DNA of 41,120 bases from positions 1-41,120 of IMG/VR virus record IMGVR_UViG_3300020045_007165; one strand, given 5' to 3'. Under the pieces are notes generated by a model. It saw only the letters and a list, made by a program, of their open reading frames with translations. It ran no database searches and was not told the origin of the DNA. Below are positions 1 through 8,378 of this stretch, in pieces. The position numbers and the translations under genes were made by a program. Positions within the stretch are counted from its first letter, which is position 1. Each line of letters opens with the position of its first letter. The stretch is from a virus. Lineage: Duplodnaviria > Caudoviricetes.

Positions 1-121
1 CAACGTGGACACCAGCAGCCAACTTCAGCACCACCACCCGCCCAACTGGCTCTGAGGGAACGGCGAGCATGTCAGACCCCAACTCAATGAAGGGGCCATA
101 TGCCATGCCTTACGTTATCAC
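1..121. repeat. 121-bp terminal direct repeat (identical to 41000-41120); circular-assembly overlap
   Basis: caacgtggac...tacgttatcac is identical at both ends, and a gene reads across the join in frame. Confidence 0.95.
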
Positions 122-275
122 ATCCCAGCCGATAGATGGGTTCTTTACTATTAGTCAAATGTGCAACGGGGTTGTCCCTGATGGTTGGAGCCTTGCGCTG
201 CGGAACAACTGCGGTGCAGCTCTAAGTACAGGATGCGTAGTTAGTTATCGCGCAATAACATATACAACGACTTAG
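1..275 (+). CDS. 3' part of a 171-aa putative virion/tail accessory protein that starts at 40759 and crosses the join
   Basis: The frame of track ORF 69..275 continues open upstream through the terminal repeat to ATG 40759. Confidence 0.85.
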   Translation, partial: TWTPAANFSTTTRPTGSEGTASMSDPNSMKGPYAMPYVITSQPIDGFFTISQMCNGVVPDGWSLALRNNCGAALSTGCVVSYRAITYTTT

Positions 276-290
276 TTCAGGCGAGTCATC

Positions 291-1061
291 ATGAGCGCAT
301 TGAAGTCAAAACAATGGGGAATTACCAAGCCGCCTGCGGGGTCGTCTATTAATTGGGGTGACTCGATTAGTAGCGGGCTAGTGGGTTATTGGTTATTCAA
401 TGAAGATGGTGGTGATATTGTTAAAAATAGTGCTCGTATAAATAATGGTTCATTAATTGGTGTTTCTAAGTCAGTAGGTAAGTTTGGACGCGCACTGGAG
501 TTTAATGGGACTACTAGCTACATTTCCATAGTAGCGAATCCCCAGACTGGGCTTGCTGGAGATTATACAACCTCATTTTGGATTTACCCAACCTCTGGTT
601 CTGGATTTAGACCTATATATGACAGAGACTCAGGTGTTTTGGAGTGCTACCTATACAATAGCACAGATTTAGTTACCTTACATAATAGGTCAGGCTCAAT
701 TCACTATAAGTTTTGGCCGCTTCTAACATTAAATGTCTGGACATATGTTACTATTGTGTTCTCCGGTGCAACGTGGAGTGTGTACTACAATACAATACCA
801 CAAAGCGGCAGCGGGGAAGTAGGAACCGCCGCACCTGTAGCTAGTGCTGGGGCGATAACAGTTGGAATATTTGCTGTGGCTCCTGGCTTTTATGCAGGCA
901 AGATGGATAATTTTCGGCTATATAGCCGCGCACTCAATCCAAACGAAGTCAAGAGACTATACCAAGAGCCGTTCGCAGGAATAGTGGAGCCAAATTTGCG
1001 GCTGAGAAGCGGCACTGTAGTCGCAGGTGCAAGCTTTGTGTATATTGGGAGGTTTTTCTGA
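291..1061 (+). CDS. LamG/concanavalin A-like domain protein (tail or receptor-binding accessory)
   Basis: LVGYWLFNEDGG, GKFGRALEFNG, WTYVTIV and GKMDNFRLYSRAL motifs typical of LamG_3. Confidence 0.85.
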   Translation: MSALKSKQWGITKPPAGSSINWGDSISSGLVGYWLFNEDGGDIVKNSARINNGSLIGVSKSVGKFGRALEFNGTTSYISIVANPQTGLAGDYTTSFWIYPTSGSGFRPIYDRDSGVLECYLYNSTDLVTLHNRSGSIHYKFWPLLTLNVWTYVTIVFSGATWSVYYNTIPQSGSGEVGTAAPVASAGAITVGIFAVAPGFYAGKMDNFRLYSRALNPNEVKRLYQEPFAGIVEPNLRLRSGTVVAGASFVYIGRFF

Positions 1062-1573
1062 TGATAATTACAGCAATACTATGCGCTATCTCTTACCGTA
1101 TTAGCGGTGGACTTGGGAATGAACTTGTCCGTAAAACGCTTGGCAAGTCTGTAGGATGGGAGATGCCAAATAACATCATTTGTCTACAATGGGGTATTTG
1201 TGTATCGCTGCTATTCCCTATCACATGGGCGACACCATTGATTGCGCTGATAGTGGGTGCAACGAGGAAAATCGGCTATCTGAAACAGGTTGCTGGATAC
1301 TTTGGTTTCCCATCAGGATTCGACCTTACAAGGAAGGAAAACTGCACATGGCAAAATTTGAGCTTATTATCTGTGAGAGGCGCGTTAATCATACTTCCTG
1401 CGGCATTATGTTTTTACCAATTATATCCTGTGCTTTGGCATGGTGTGCTTGCTGGCGCACTTATGCCTGCTTGGTATCTAATAGGCACTTTCATTCCTGA
1501 GAAAAAAGGTGTAATATCACACTCACAGATAGGTGAAATTCTCATAGGCGCAAGCATAGGGGCTGTTTTATGA
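1061..1573 (+). CDS. Multi-pass membrane protein, function unknown
   Basis: Several hydrophobic segments; start overlaps the upstream stop. Confidence 0.7.
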   Translation: MIITAILCAISYRISGGLGNELVRKTLGKSVGWEMPNNIICLQWGICVSLLFPITWATPLIALIVGATRKIGYLKQVAGYFGFPSGFDLTRKENCTWQNLSLLSVRGALIILPAALCFYQLYPVLWHGVLAGALMPAWYLIGTFIPEKKGVISHSQIGEILIGASIGAVL

Positions 1574-1866
1574 AAACCAACGAACCCACACTTGATGCAC
1601 TCATCAAGCAGATAAACAGCCAGAAACAAACCGGAAGCAATACTGTTTCAAAGGCACTCTCCTTGCTCAACCAAAGAATGACAATGGCAGAAAACGCCAT
1701 CCAATCCGACATTTTCAAAGAAGCTACAACATTGATTTACGATGCAAATACCGAATTGATGCAGGCTATTTATGAAATAAAAAGATTAAGAACTCCGTGG
1801 TGGAAGAAACTTTTTAAGGAAAAAGCACTCATAACTCCTTCATGTCGCGGTAAATGCCATGGATAA
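1570..1866 (+). CDS. Hypothetical coiled-coil protein
   Basis: ATGA coupling; helical with PWWKKLF motif. Confidence 0.65.
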   Translation: MKTNEPTLDALIKQINSQKQTGSNTVSKALSLLNQRMTMAENAIQSDIFKEATTLIYDANTELMQAIYEIKRLRTPWWKKLFKEKALITPSCRGKCHG

Positions 1867-2089
1867 TAAAGAGCAAGACGAGGCTATAAAAGGAATCCTA
1901 AAATGGAAATCCGAACAAGAGAAAGAGCAGGCTGTGGACAAGGCCGTCAAGCGCGACAGATACATCCGTTGCATGGCGGTGATAGGCGTGATATGGTCGG
2001 GCTTGGCTTGGCTTGGGAGCATTGCGGTGGACAACTCAAAGCTAGTGTATGCTATGATAGACGCAGCTATAAAGGCGCAAACGAAATGA
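1859..2089 (+). CDS. Single-TM protein, possible holin/antiholin
   Basis: One TM helix with charged N-terminus, upstream of endolysin. Confidence 0.55.
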   Translation: MDNKEQDEAIKGILKWKSEQEKEQAVDKAVKRDRYIRCMAVIGVIWSGLAWLGSIAVDNSKLVYAMIDAAIKAQTK

Positions 2090-2256
2090 CAACAGCCGCA
2101 TCATACCTCATTATTTTTATGATTTCAGTATATGCCTTCTTCGACGGGGCGCGGGACAAGGTGATGTTTGAAAGGGCTGTGGAGAGAGAGGCGACTATTA
2201 GGATGCTCATCAGCTATGATTTGAAACAACTTACTCTTGTTGAGGTGGAGATATGA
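2086..2256 (+). CDS. Small N-terminal TM protein (56 aa)
   Basis: ATG 2086 coupled (ATGA) to the previous stop; MTTAASYLIIFMISVYAFF; shorter than the track ORF. Confidence 0.55.
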   Translation: MTTAASYLIIFMISVYAFFDGARDKVMFERAVEREATIRMLISYDLKQLTLVEVEI

Positions 2257-2696
2257 AACTCTCATCCAACTTTGAATTGAGTGAATTTATTTTATCACAA
2301 ACAGCTACCCGATTCGGTATCGACAATACCCCCGACAAGAAATCCTTTGAAAACCTAAAACGCCTTGCGCTACTGCTAGAAGAAGTGAGGGCAATATATG
2401 GTCGCCCTATTCGTATATCATCGGGCTATCGCTGCAAAGAGCTTAACAGGCGCGTAGGAGGCTCACAAACCAGTCAGCATACCAAAGGCTGCGCCGTTGA
2501 CTTCACAGTGCAGGGCGTATTGGTGCGTGACGTTGTAGAGGACTTAATGGATACCGATATAAAATACGACCAGCTCATCAGTGAGTTTGATGACGCGAAG
2601 GGCGGTGGCTGGGTGCATATTTCTATTTCAGATAGCGATGTTTACCGCAGAGAGGTGTTGCTTGTGGATAAGTTTGGAACGAGGGCGTTTTCATGA
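2253..2696 (+). CDS. Endolysin, peptidase M15A family (Zn D-Ala-D-Ala-type)
   Basis: LSSNFELSEF, ISSGYRC..LN..VGG...SQH..G.AVD and WVHIS motifs. Confidence 0.92.
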   Translation: MKLSSNFELSEFILSQTATRFGIDNTPDKKSFENLKRLALLLEEVRAIYGRPIRISSGYRCKELNRRVGGSQTSQHTKGCAVDFTVQGVLVRDVVEDLMDTDIKYDQLISEFDDAKGGGWVHISISDSDVYRREVLLVDKFGTRAFS

Positions 2697-3010
2697 CAAA
2701 TTGCCGCATAGGGAAAATCACATACAAGGCCGTACCGCATTTGTCGGAGGTAATCCCGCATGTGCGCGGCGCAGAATTTCGCGAAGTAATGCACGATTAT
2801 ACTGATAAAATATGTGGTTTTTACCCTAAAGGCATGGCCGGATTTGTTATTGTCGGATGGGACTTTAACGGGCATTTTGCCAGAGGGACAAGACTGCATG
2901 AAGATTCCTTTGTTGGAAACACCCTGTTGCCGAGTTTCATAGCTGATATTTTAAGGCGTGACACAGCAAAGGATGTTGCTGATGAAGTTGTGAAAGGGGA
3001 TTTTTCATGA
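2693..3010 (+). CDS. Hypothetical protein inside the lysis cassette
   Basis: ATGA-coupled on both sides. Confidence 0.7.
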   Translation: MTNCRIGKITYKAVPHLSEVIPHVRGAEFREVMHDYTDKICGFYPKGMAGFVIVGWDFNGHFARGTRLHEDSFVGNTLLPSFIADILRRDTAKDVADEVVKGDFS

Positions 3011-3333
3011 GCAGATGGGCAGAGCTTATCGAGGGTGATAACCAACGCCTATCCATGCGCTCGGTAATAACCTATCTTGTAACCTTTACTTTATGTGTCG
3101 GTTTCTTCATGGCAATGACAGATAGCGATGGTGGCACGGCGATGGGTGTAGCAGGTATCCTTTCAACCCTTGTAGGTATTATTTATGGTGTCGGGAAGTG
3201 GGCGGATAGTTCGGTGACAAAAGCAGCCATACAGCCACAATCGGTCAATGTCGAGAATGTGGAATCTGTAACGGTAAGCGAACCTAGAAAAACACCACGA
3301 AAACCAACAAGGGCGGATATTAGAAACTCCTAA
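3007..3333 (+). CDS. Probable holin (2 TM, basic C-terminal tail)
   Basis: RLSMRS followed by two TM helices; downstream of endolysin. Confidence 0.6.
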   Translation: MSRWAELIEGDNQRLSMRSVITYLVTFTLCVGFFMAMTDSDGGTAMGVAGILSTLVGIIYGVGKWADSSVTKAAIQPQSVNVENVESVTVSEPRKTPRKPTRADIRNS

Positions 3334-3392
3334 TTGATTCCTTACAAGCCTACCTCCATGCTTCGCATGGTTTAACATGAAGGAGAATTACA

Positions 3393-3578
3393 ATGGGACT
3401 CATCGAACTCGTCATCATACTGGCCGTATTAGGTTTTGTGTGGTATCTTGTGACCACGTTTATTCCAATGCCTGCCCCCGTTAAGAACGTCATCACCGTG
3501 ATTTGCGTCATCGCGCTTTGCTTGGTGCTTTTGAATGTGGCAGGGATAGGTGATTACAGAATAGGAAATAGGTTGTAA
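3393..3578 (+). CDS. Small 2-TM membrane protein resembling the bacterial Thivi_2564 family
   Basis: Strong RBS AAGGAG; L..LVIILAVLG..WYLV..FIPM..PVKNVI.VI pattern recalled from that family. Confidence 0.65.
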   Translation: MGLIELVIILAVLGFVWYLVTTFIPMPAPVKNVITVICVIALCLVLLNVAGIGDYRIGNRL

Positions 3579-3841
3579 TGTCATTTTTAAGCCTTCTCAC
3601 AAACCCAAAAACAATAGCCATTATAGCTATCTCATCCTTTATCGGTGGATGGCACGCACAAACTATTTATGATGGATACATCGCTGACAAAGGAAAAACA
3701 AAGGTCATCAAGAAACTGGGGGATGGACAAAATGAAATCATCAAATTCAATAGTGCTGCCGATAAAGCAATAAGAGCGTCAAAAGATGATAAATGTCTTG
3801 ATAGTGAGATACCGAAAGAAGTTCTCAATCTTCTAAAATAA
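3578..3841 (+). CDS. Putative i-spanin (Rz-like)
   Basis: N-terminal TM ending GGW, helical region, C-terminal Cys (KCLDSEIP); position in lysis cassette. Confidence 0.65.
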   Translation: MSFLSLLTNPKTIAIIAISSFIGGWHAQTIYDGYIADKGKTKVIKKLGDGQNEIIKFNSAADKAIRASKDDKCLDSEIPKEVLNLLK

Positions 3842-4331
3842 CATTTATATTCGCAAATTCACCAAACACATCTTGGGCTGCTTTGTTGTAGGCTAGAGCT
3901 GCATCTCGCTCATTCTTATAAACCCCTAAATGAACTCGTATTTTGTTAATTGAAATGTAGGCTACCCATATTTTACCGGGCTTATGCCAGCACACACCTT
4001 TGTATGTACTACTATAACTTCCTTCAATTGGCTCTTTTTGCTTTTTCTTATTTTGATTATTTTGCATGGATGTACATATCCTTAAATTGCATTTTCTGTT
4101 GTCAAGTTTGTCGCCGTTTATATGGTCGGTCGACATACCTTTAGGTGTATTCAAAACAATCCGGTGCATCATAACTACTTTCCTCCCCATTCTCTTTGCA
4201 GCGTACCCTGAACAGTAATGCCATTTTCTTTGAGTTAGGTGATGATAGTCTTCATCATCGACAATGGCAAAAACTCCCTTTGACACAGGTATTGCTTTTG
4301 AATTTGGGGGGAGTATAATTGAATCAGTCAT
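3825..4331 (-). CDS. HNH-AP2 homing endonuclease
   Basis: FAIVDDED, MHRIVL, TDHINGDKLDNRKCNLR (HNH); SSTYKGVCW...W.A.I...HLG....AALAYNKAA..FGEFA (AP2). Confidence 0.95.
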   Translation of the reverse strand: MTDSIILPPNSKAIPVSKGVFAIVDDEDYHHLTQRKWHYCSGYAAKRMGRKVVMMHRIVLNTPKGMSTDHINGDKLDNRKCNLRICTSMQNNQNKKKQKEPIEGSYSSTYKGVCWHKPGKIWVAYISINKIRVHLGVYKNERDAALAYNKAAQDVFGEFANINVILED

Positions 4332-4397
4332 GGCGGGTGAACTCCGTTGTGATTAGGGCATGTAGGTTGACGGCAAATCTTCCTACATCGCCCGAAA

Positions 4398-4425
4398 ATT
4401 ATAAAGGAATTGGCTATTATGTCAA
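4398..4425 (-). promoter_or_regulatory. Consensus sigma70 promoter for the HNH-AP2 gene
   Basis: TTGACA (4425-4420), 16 nt, TATAAT (4403-4398) on the minus strand; followed by hairpin 4356-4393 and GGAG RBS. Confidence 0.8.
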
Positions 4426-4589
4426 ACAAAATTATCATGATTGTTGGTGCATCCCTCCTGCTATCAAGCTGCTCCTCGGAAAGCATTAGAACCTGTCCTA
4501 AGCGTGTTGAGTTCGATGGCGATACATGGGGGGAGCTGGCAAGATATACAGGCTCCTTGCAGCGGCAGTATGATTCCTGCGCTAATTAA
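4419..4589 (+). CDS. Putative o-spanin lipoprotein (Rz1-like), 56 aa; not in the ORF track
   Basis: MSNKIIMIVGASLLLSS-C lipobox, two further Cys, RBS AAGGA; hand translated. Confidence 0.8.
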   Translation: MSNKIIMIVGASLLLSSCSSESIRTCPKRVEFDGDTWGELARYTGSLQRQYDSCAN

Positions 4590-4669
4590 TCGCCTTTGTC
4601 TTCGTTGTATAAAGCCAATCTCTTTTTACTTTGGACAAGCTACTTTGTGTAAAGTATGCTTTGGACAAA

Positions 4670-4993
4670 TCAAGTCTTGGTCGAGCATAGACAGCGCTCA
4701 GTGTTGTGCCAAGGGCATGTTTCCACCCTATTCTGAGTTGATAGACCCTCAAGCCATTTTTGCTTCTTCTTCTTGAACTCCGCAATATCTTCTGGTGAGC
4801 AATTTAAATCAGGCCCTTTGAACTCCGATTGCTTGTATGAGCATAGAGCATTTATAGCCGCCTCAGATAATCTCAGACAGAAATCATGAGATAGTGCAAC
4901 ATCTGGGATATTGCATTTTAATTCTACTGACTTTATAGCTTTGGCCACATGCTCTACCAACAATCTATTGGTTACTTCCATATCTGCCACCAT
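4670..4993 (-). CDS. Hypothetical protein (end of leftward early operon)
   Basis: Track ORF; VAKAI...AEAAI motif common in phage early proteins; start uncertain. Confidence 0.55.
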   Translation of the reverse strand: MVADMEVTNRLLVEHVAKAIKSVELKCNIPDVALSHDFCLRLSEAAINALCSYKQSEFKGPDLNCSPEDIAEFKKKKQKWLEGLSTQNRVETCPWHNTERCLCSTKT

Positions 4994-5205
4994 TTTTTAG
5001 GTTCTGGTTCCGACTCATCTTCCATGGCATCATACATGGCGAAGAACTCAGGGTGACGAGCGCGAACCCTATCTTCTAAAGCAGCCCACGGCTCTTGAAA
5101 CATATACTCGTATTTTCGCTCCAAATATTCAGGCAATTCCATTTCACCGGAAGGCGGAGTTGTGAGGTGGCGAGGAAAATGAACTACGTTCGTCAGCTTA
5201 TCCAT
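4972..5205 (-). CDS. Hypothetical protein
   Basis: GGAGG RBS before ATG 5205 (MDKLTNVVHFP...KKWWQIWK). Confidence 0.7.
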   Translation of the reverse strand: MDKLTNVVHFPRHLTTPPSGEMELPEYLERKYEYMFQEPWAALEDRVRARHPEFFAMYDAMEDESEPEPKKWWQIWK

Positions 5206-5368
5206 AAATCCTCCAAAGCAGAGCAATAATACCCAGAACTCCACCAAGCACTATTCCGCAGATGAACCCATAATTAAATCCAAGGCTATAGGCAGCATAT
5301 TCGCGCTTGCTTAAGGGCTTCGTGAGTGATGGATTATTGATCTGTTTTTCTAACATTGAACGGATCAT
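5198..5368 (-). CDS. Small C-terminal TM protein (56 aa); not in the track
   Basis: MIRSMLEKQ...GFICGIVLGGVLGIIALLWRIYG; hand translated, overlaps the next start. Confidence 0.6.
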   Translation of the reverse strand: MIRSMLEKQINNPSLTKPLSKREYAAYSLGFNYGFICGIVLGGVLGIIALLWRIYG

Positions 5369-5396
5369 CCTTTCTAAGTGATTCTATTTCGTTTAA

Positions 5397-5804
5397 TCAT
5401 ACTATTTCCGCTTCACGCTTGCGAAGCTCAGAAGCCAGAAACTCCAGTACGTCACGGCGAACCTCGCCAATGATATGGTCTATATAAGCAGATGCGTCCT
5501 TATACGCCTCTCTCAATTCGAGCTTGGTTTTACCCTTCAGCGCAAGCCGTCTGTTATCAGCAACGGCACGGTGGCTTATCGTATCTTTACCGCTACCAGC
5601 ATTCACATTAATCATGATGCGAGCCATATCTTTGTCATTCAATACGCAAACCTCCGCCGAAACAGGCAGGCGCACTTCTCTACCGAGAATGCTAGTAGCC
5701 CCGCGCGCGTCAATGCTTACGCAATCTGCATTGGCGAGCAAATCCATCTTGTTGGATGCCAGATCTCTAAGCGTTTGCCTTAAATAAATGTCCTCGAAGT
5801 TCAT
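5397..5804 (-). CDS. Hypothetical protein
   Basis: 135-aa ORF in operon orientation. Confidence 0.7.
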   Translation of the reverse strand: MNFEDIYLRQTLRDLASNKMDLLANADCVSIDARGATSILGREVRLPVSAEVCVLNDKDMARIMINVNAGSGKDTISHRAVADNRRLALKGKTKLELREAYKDASAYIDHIIGEVRRDVLEFLASELRKREAEIV

Positions 5805-5820
5805 ACAATCATCCGTCTTT

Positions 5821-5958
5821 TCATTTACCGTAAAGCATAATTGCCATCAGGAGCGTAACGCCAAGCAGCAGAAAAAAAATACCAACTGAGCAGAAAAACA
5901 TCCCAAAAACTATATTTAACCATTCACCATAAGGTGAAATATATCTCTCTAATCCCAT
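5821..5958 (-). CDS. Small TM protein (45 aa); not in the track
   Basis: RBS GAGG; MGLERYISPYGEWLNIVFGMFFCSVGIFFLLLGVTLLMAIMLYGK. Confidence 0.55.
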   Translation of the reverse strand: MGLERYISPYGEWLNIVFGMFFCSVGIFFLLLGVTLLMAIMLYGK

Positions 5959-5982
5959 ATCATCCTCTCAAACTCGGTTCGT

Positions 5983-6123
5983 TATGCCAGTGTCCCCCAT
6001 ACGGACAGGTATCGCTCCACTGGCAGAGCGGCGAAATCCATCGCGGGTAGCATTGCTTTCGCACAGATGCCCTCCATGTTGTTTACGCCCTCAAGGATAA
6101 GCTGGCGACACCCTTGCGGGTAT
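5983..6123 (-). ncRNA. Candidate structured RNA (GNRA hairpins plus pseudoknot)
   Basis: AUACCC-GCAA-GGGUGU, UGC-GAAA-GCA and CGCUC/GAGCG hairpins; the loop of the last is complementary to CACUGGCA downstream. Confidence 0.45.
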
Positions 6124-6131
6124 TCTCAAAT

Positions 6132-6344
6132 TCAGTTCCGGTAATCCGGTATCACATCAAATTCAGCCTCTCGCTTCTCTAATCCAATAGCTTTAAGGAA
6201 ATTATCAGATAAAGGAGTCTTTCTTGCCCTTACCTGACTAACAAATCCTACTGAATAGCTCAACTCACTTGCCAGCTTACGCATACTGCCAGCGTGTTCT
6301 ATTAAAGTGTCGAGTCTTTTACTCGCTTGGTATATGCGGATCAT
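6132..6344 (-). CDS. Small HTH (Xre/Cro-like) DNA-binding protein
   Basis: GSMRKLASELSYSVGFVSQV...PLS..FLKAIGL; likely start MIRIY. Confidence 0.7.
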   Translation of the reverse strand: MIRIYQASKRLDTLIEHAGSMRKLASELSYSVGFVSQVRARKTPLSDNFLKAIGLEKREAEFDVIPDYRN

Positions 6345-6612
6345 CCCAACCCAACACGTCAAATGCATGTTCTAAGGCCGATAATCCGCCTGTTGTGATT
6401 CCGGTTTGTCCGACTTCGTAGCCAAACTGGTGGCACATATCTTCCAAGGCATCTCGCAGTTTTTTCTCACGCGGTGTCTCATTCGTCAGTCCGGTCATTG
6501 GAGTCCTCCAGCCCATGCGTACCCCAGCAATACACCAAACCAAACAAGCCCCATATCCATCATAAATCTGTATCTGAATTTCATCACTCACCTCCTGATT
6601 TAGCGGAGTCAC
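6319..6612 (-). CDS. Hypothetical protein (true start possibly 6498)
   Basis: ALEDMCHQF..TGGLSALEHAFDVLGWDDP. Confidence 0.6.
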   Translation of the reverse strand: MTPLNQEVSDEIQIQIYDGYGACLVWCIAGVRMGWRTPMTGLTNETPREKKLRDALEDMCHQFGYEVGQTGITTGGLSALEHAFDVLGWDDPHIPSE

Positions 6613-6958
6613 TGCTTTCGGCTTCTATTTGATGTAACGGCACGATTAGAAACCCCTCTTGCAGGCGTTTTACAAACTCGGTGGCTAACTTATTCCTACG
6701 GTGCTGAAACGGCTTATAGAGCCATGCCCAGATATATTCAGTAGTCGCCGGAGTAATATTTACCGATTCCCGCTTGTTTAAATATGGACGGAATTGCTTC
6801 ATCACCCATTCAGCCATCTCTATTGCTGGAGCATTATCATTTATCCCTGCCATCAACCCTATGCAGATGGTATTGAACAATGCGCTATCATCCGGCTGTT
6901 GCGGTGCCACACACTCATGGCTTCCCTGATCGCCGCATTTGGAACAATATCCAGTCAT
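6584..6958 (-). CDS. Hypothetical protein with N-terminal Cys/His cluster
   Basis: CSKCG...HEC; RBS AGGAG. Confidence 0.65.
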   Translation of the reverse strand: MTGYCSKCGDQGSHECVAPQQPDDSALFNTICIGLMAGINDNAPAIEMAEWVMKQFRPYLNKRESVNITPATTEYIWAWLYKPFQHRRNKLATEFVKRLQEGFLIVPLHQIEAESSDSAKSGGE

Positions 6959-7155
6959 TATGGGTTCTCCTTCACAACTTTATCATACGCATCCTTGCTG
7001 TAATGCACCCTGTTTTCCCTCGGTTTTTCATCATCTTTCTTGTAGTTTGGCAAGCTGACAATAGCCACTACTGCAACAAACATTACTGCCCATAGCTGCC
7101 AAGGCAAGCCGCCTTCGTCTTCGTAAATATCGTCCTCTTCTTTGCGTGGTATCAT
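6958..7155 (-). CDS. Small single-TM protein
   Basis: Acidic N-terminus then WQLWAVMFVAVVAIVSL; start set at MIPRK. Confidence 0.6.
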   Translation of the reverse strand: MIPRKEEDDIYEDEGGLPWQLWAVMFVAVVAIVSLPNYKKDDEKPRENRVHYSKDAYDKVVKENP

Positions 7156-7159
7156 AACT

Positions 7160-7429
7160 CTATTCCTTCCCAAAGTGCTTGCGGATGATTTCAATGGCAT
7201 CAGAAAGCTTTAATTCCGTTGTTGTGAAAGAGCCATTGAGGTGGCTATGCGTTGTAGTGCCCGCTGCTGCTGTAAGTTTATCAATCAACCCATCTACATC
7301 GTGAGCACGTCCTGCTTGGTAGCCTTCATAGGCATATTGCGTTTCGGTTAGATACCCATCGCCTTGTGGCATAACGTAATAGCCCTCTATCGCTGCCCAC
7401 TCCTCAAAATCCTTGCGTATATCACTCAT
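7160..7429 (-). CDS. Hypothetical phage early protein
   Basis: R.DFEEW...TQYAYEGYQAG motif common in lambdoid accessory proteins. Confidence 0.7.
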   Translation of the reverse strand: MSDIRKDFEEWAAIEGYYVMPQGDGYLTETQYAYEGYQAGRAHDVDGLIDKLTAAAGTTTHSHLNGSFTTTELKLSDAIEIIRKHFGKE

Positions 7430-7623
7430 AAAATCCTACCCCCTCTATTGCGTGATTCTTCTTCTCGTTCTTCCTGCTCTGCTTTCCGCATATATTCCAT
7501 TGCCCTGATTCGAGCCGCCCAGTTCAAACGACCCTCACCAGCCCTTGCCAAGTCAGCAGACAATGCCTCGGATAGCCTAATCTCTTTATGCCCATCGTCA
7601 TGAGATACTTCTTCGTCGGTCAT
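7426..7623 (-). CDS. Hypothetical protein
   Basis: ATGA-coupled start MTDEEV within the track ORF. Confidence 0.55.
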   Translation of the reverse strand: MTDEEVSHDDGHKEIRLSEALSADLARAGEGRLNWAARIRAMEYMRKAEQEEREEESRNRGGRIL

Positions 7624-7862
7624 AAAATCACTTCCTCTTTCGTAGGTGTCTTTGATAGCGGTATCCAAGGCTGCCAATGGGTAAAATCATACTCATATTC
7701 CCCCTCCCAATCATAGCCATCCCATTGGTCAAAGTGCCACTTATCACCATAATAAGTTATAACTGCTCCTCCTCCATGCTGCTCATGTGTTACGATGATG
7801 CGAGTCCTGTCTTTAATAGGCGCTGAAATTCCCAAGGTTTCTTTAGGTTGCCATTCAGTCAT
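7620..7862 (-). CDS. DUF551-like phage protein
   Basis: MTEWQPKET...THWQP motif. Confidence 0.65.
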   Translation of the reverse strand: MTEWQPKETLGISAPIKDRTRIIVTHEQHGGGAVITYYGDKWHFDQWDGYDWEGEYEYDFTHWQPWIPLSKTPTKEEVIL

Positions 7863-7864
7863 AA

Positions 7865-7984
7865 TCACCCCCAAAAATAGGTTCTTTGAATGTAAAAAGC
7901 TAACTTTAAGACGGAACCGGCAAACAGTAGCAACGCCCCCATCCATAGGATAATAATCAGGTCTATTGGTTTGTTTAGTTTCAT
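7865..7984 (-). CDS. Small TM peptide (39 aa); not in the track
   Basis: MKLNKPIDLIIILWMGALLLFAGSVLKLAFYIQRTYFWG; ATGA coupled. Confidence 0.55.
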   Translation of the reverse strand: MKLNKPIDLIIILWMGALLLFAGSVLKLAFYIQRTYFWG

Positions 7985-8214
7985 TCCACATCCTCCCGCG
8001 CTATAATCGCATAAACGGCCATAATCCGCTTTTGAATATCTTTCTTGGCATTATCAATGGATTCTTGCAGCCCACCGACAGCATCCTCCAATGCCCCTAT
8101 ATCCTCTTTTGCAATCCTATCGGCAAATATCCTCATTTCATTGAAATAATGCTCCGATTCGCTATCAAGGCGTTGCGTTAAATCAAATGCTTCGGTGTAA
8201 TCTAAGGGGCGCAT
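7981..8214 (-). CDS. Hypothetical coiled-coil protein
   Basis: RBS GGAG; acidic, helical. Confidence 0.7.
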   Translation of the reverse strand: MRPLDYTEAFDLTQRLDSESEHYFNEMRIFADRIAKEDIGALEDAVGGLQESIDNAKKDIQKRIMAVYAIIAREDVE

Positions 8215-8231
8215 GGGTTTATCTCCATTTG

Positions 8232-8378
8232 TTATTTATTTAACTCTTTACATGAAACAAGTTCGATATTTTTTACTTTGGCTTCTTTGCATATCTTGAA
8301 TGGGTCAGCGGGCAAAGTTGCTACCGCCATCAAAAATCCAAAGATGATACAAATTATCATTTTTGCGTAATCTAACAT
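8232..8378 (-). CDS. Small exported or membrane protein (48 aa, paired Cys); first gene of the left operon, not in the track
   Basis: MLDYAKMIICIIFGFLMAVATLPADPFKICKEAKVKNIELVSCKELNK; RBS AAGGA. Confidence 0.6.
   Translation of the reverse strand: MLDYAKMIICIIFGFLMAVATLPADPFKICKEAKVKNIELVSCKELNK

Noticed and set aside
3825-4418. Group I intron around the HNH-AP2 gene
   Set aside because: The flanking genes are intact, and there is too little non-coding sequence for an intron core; it is a free-standing insertion
4441-4776. 111-aa + ORF from the track
   Set aside because: The lipoprotein frame 4419-4589 has the RBS and lipobox; this frame overlaps convergent genes
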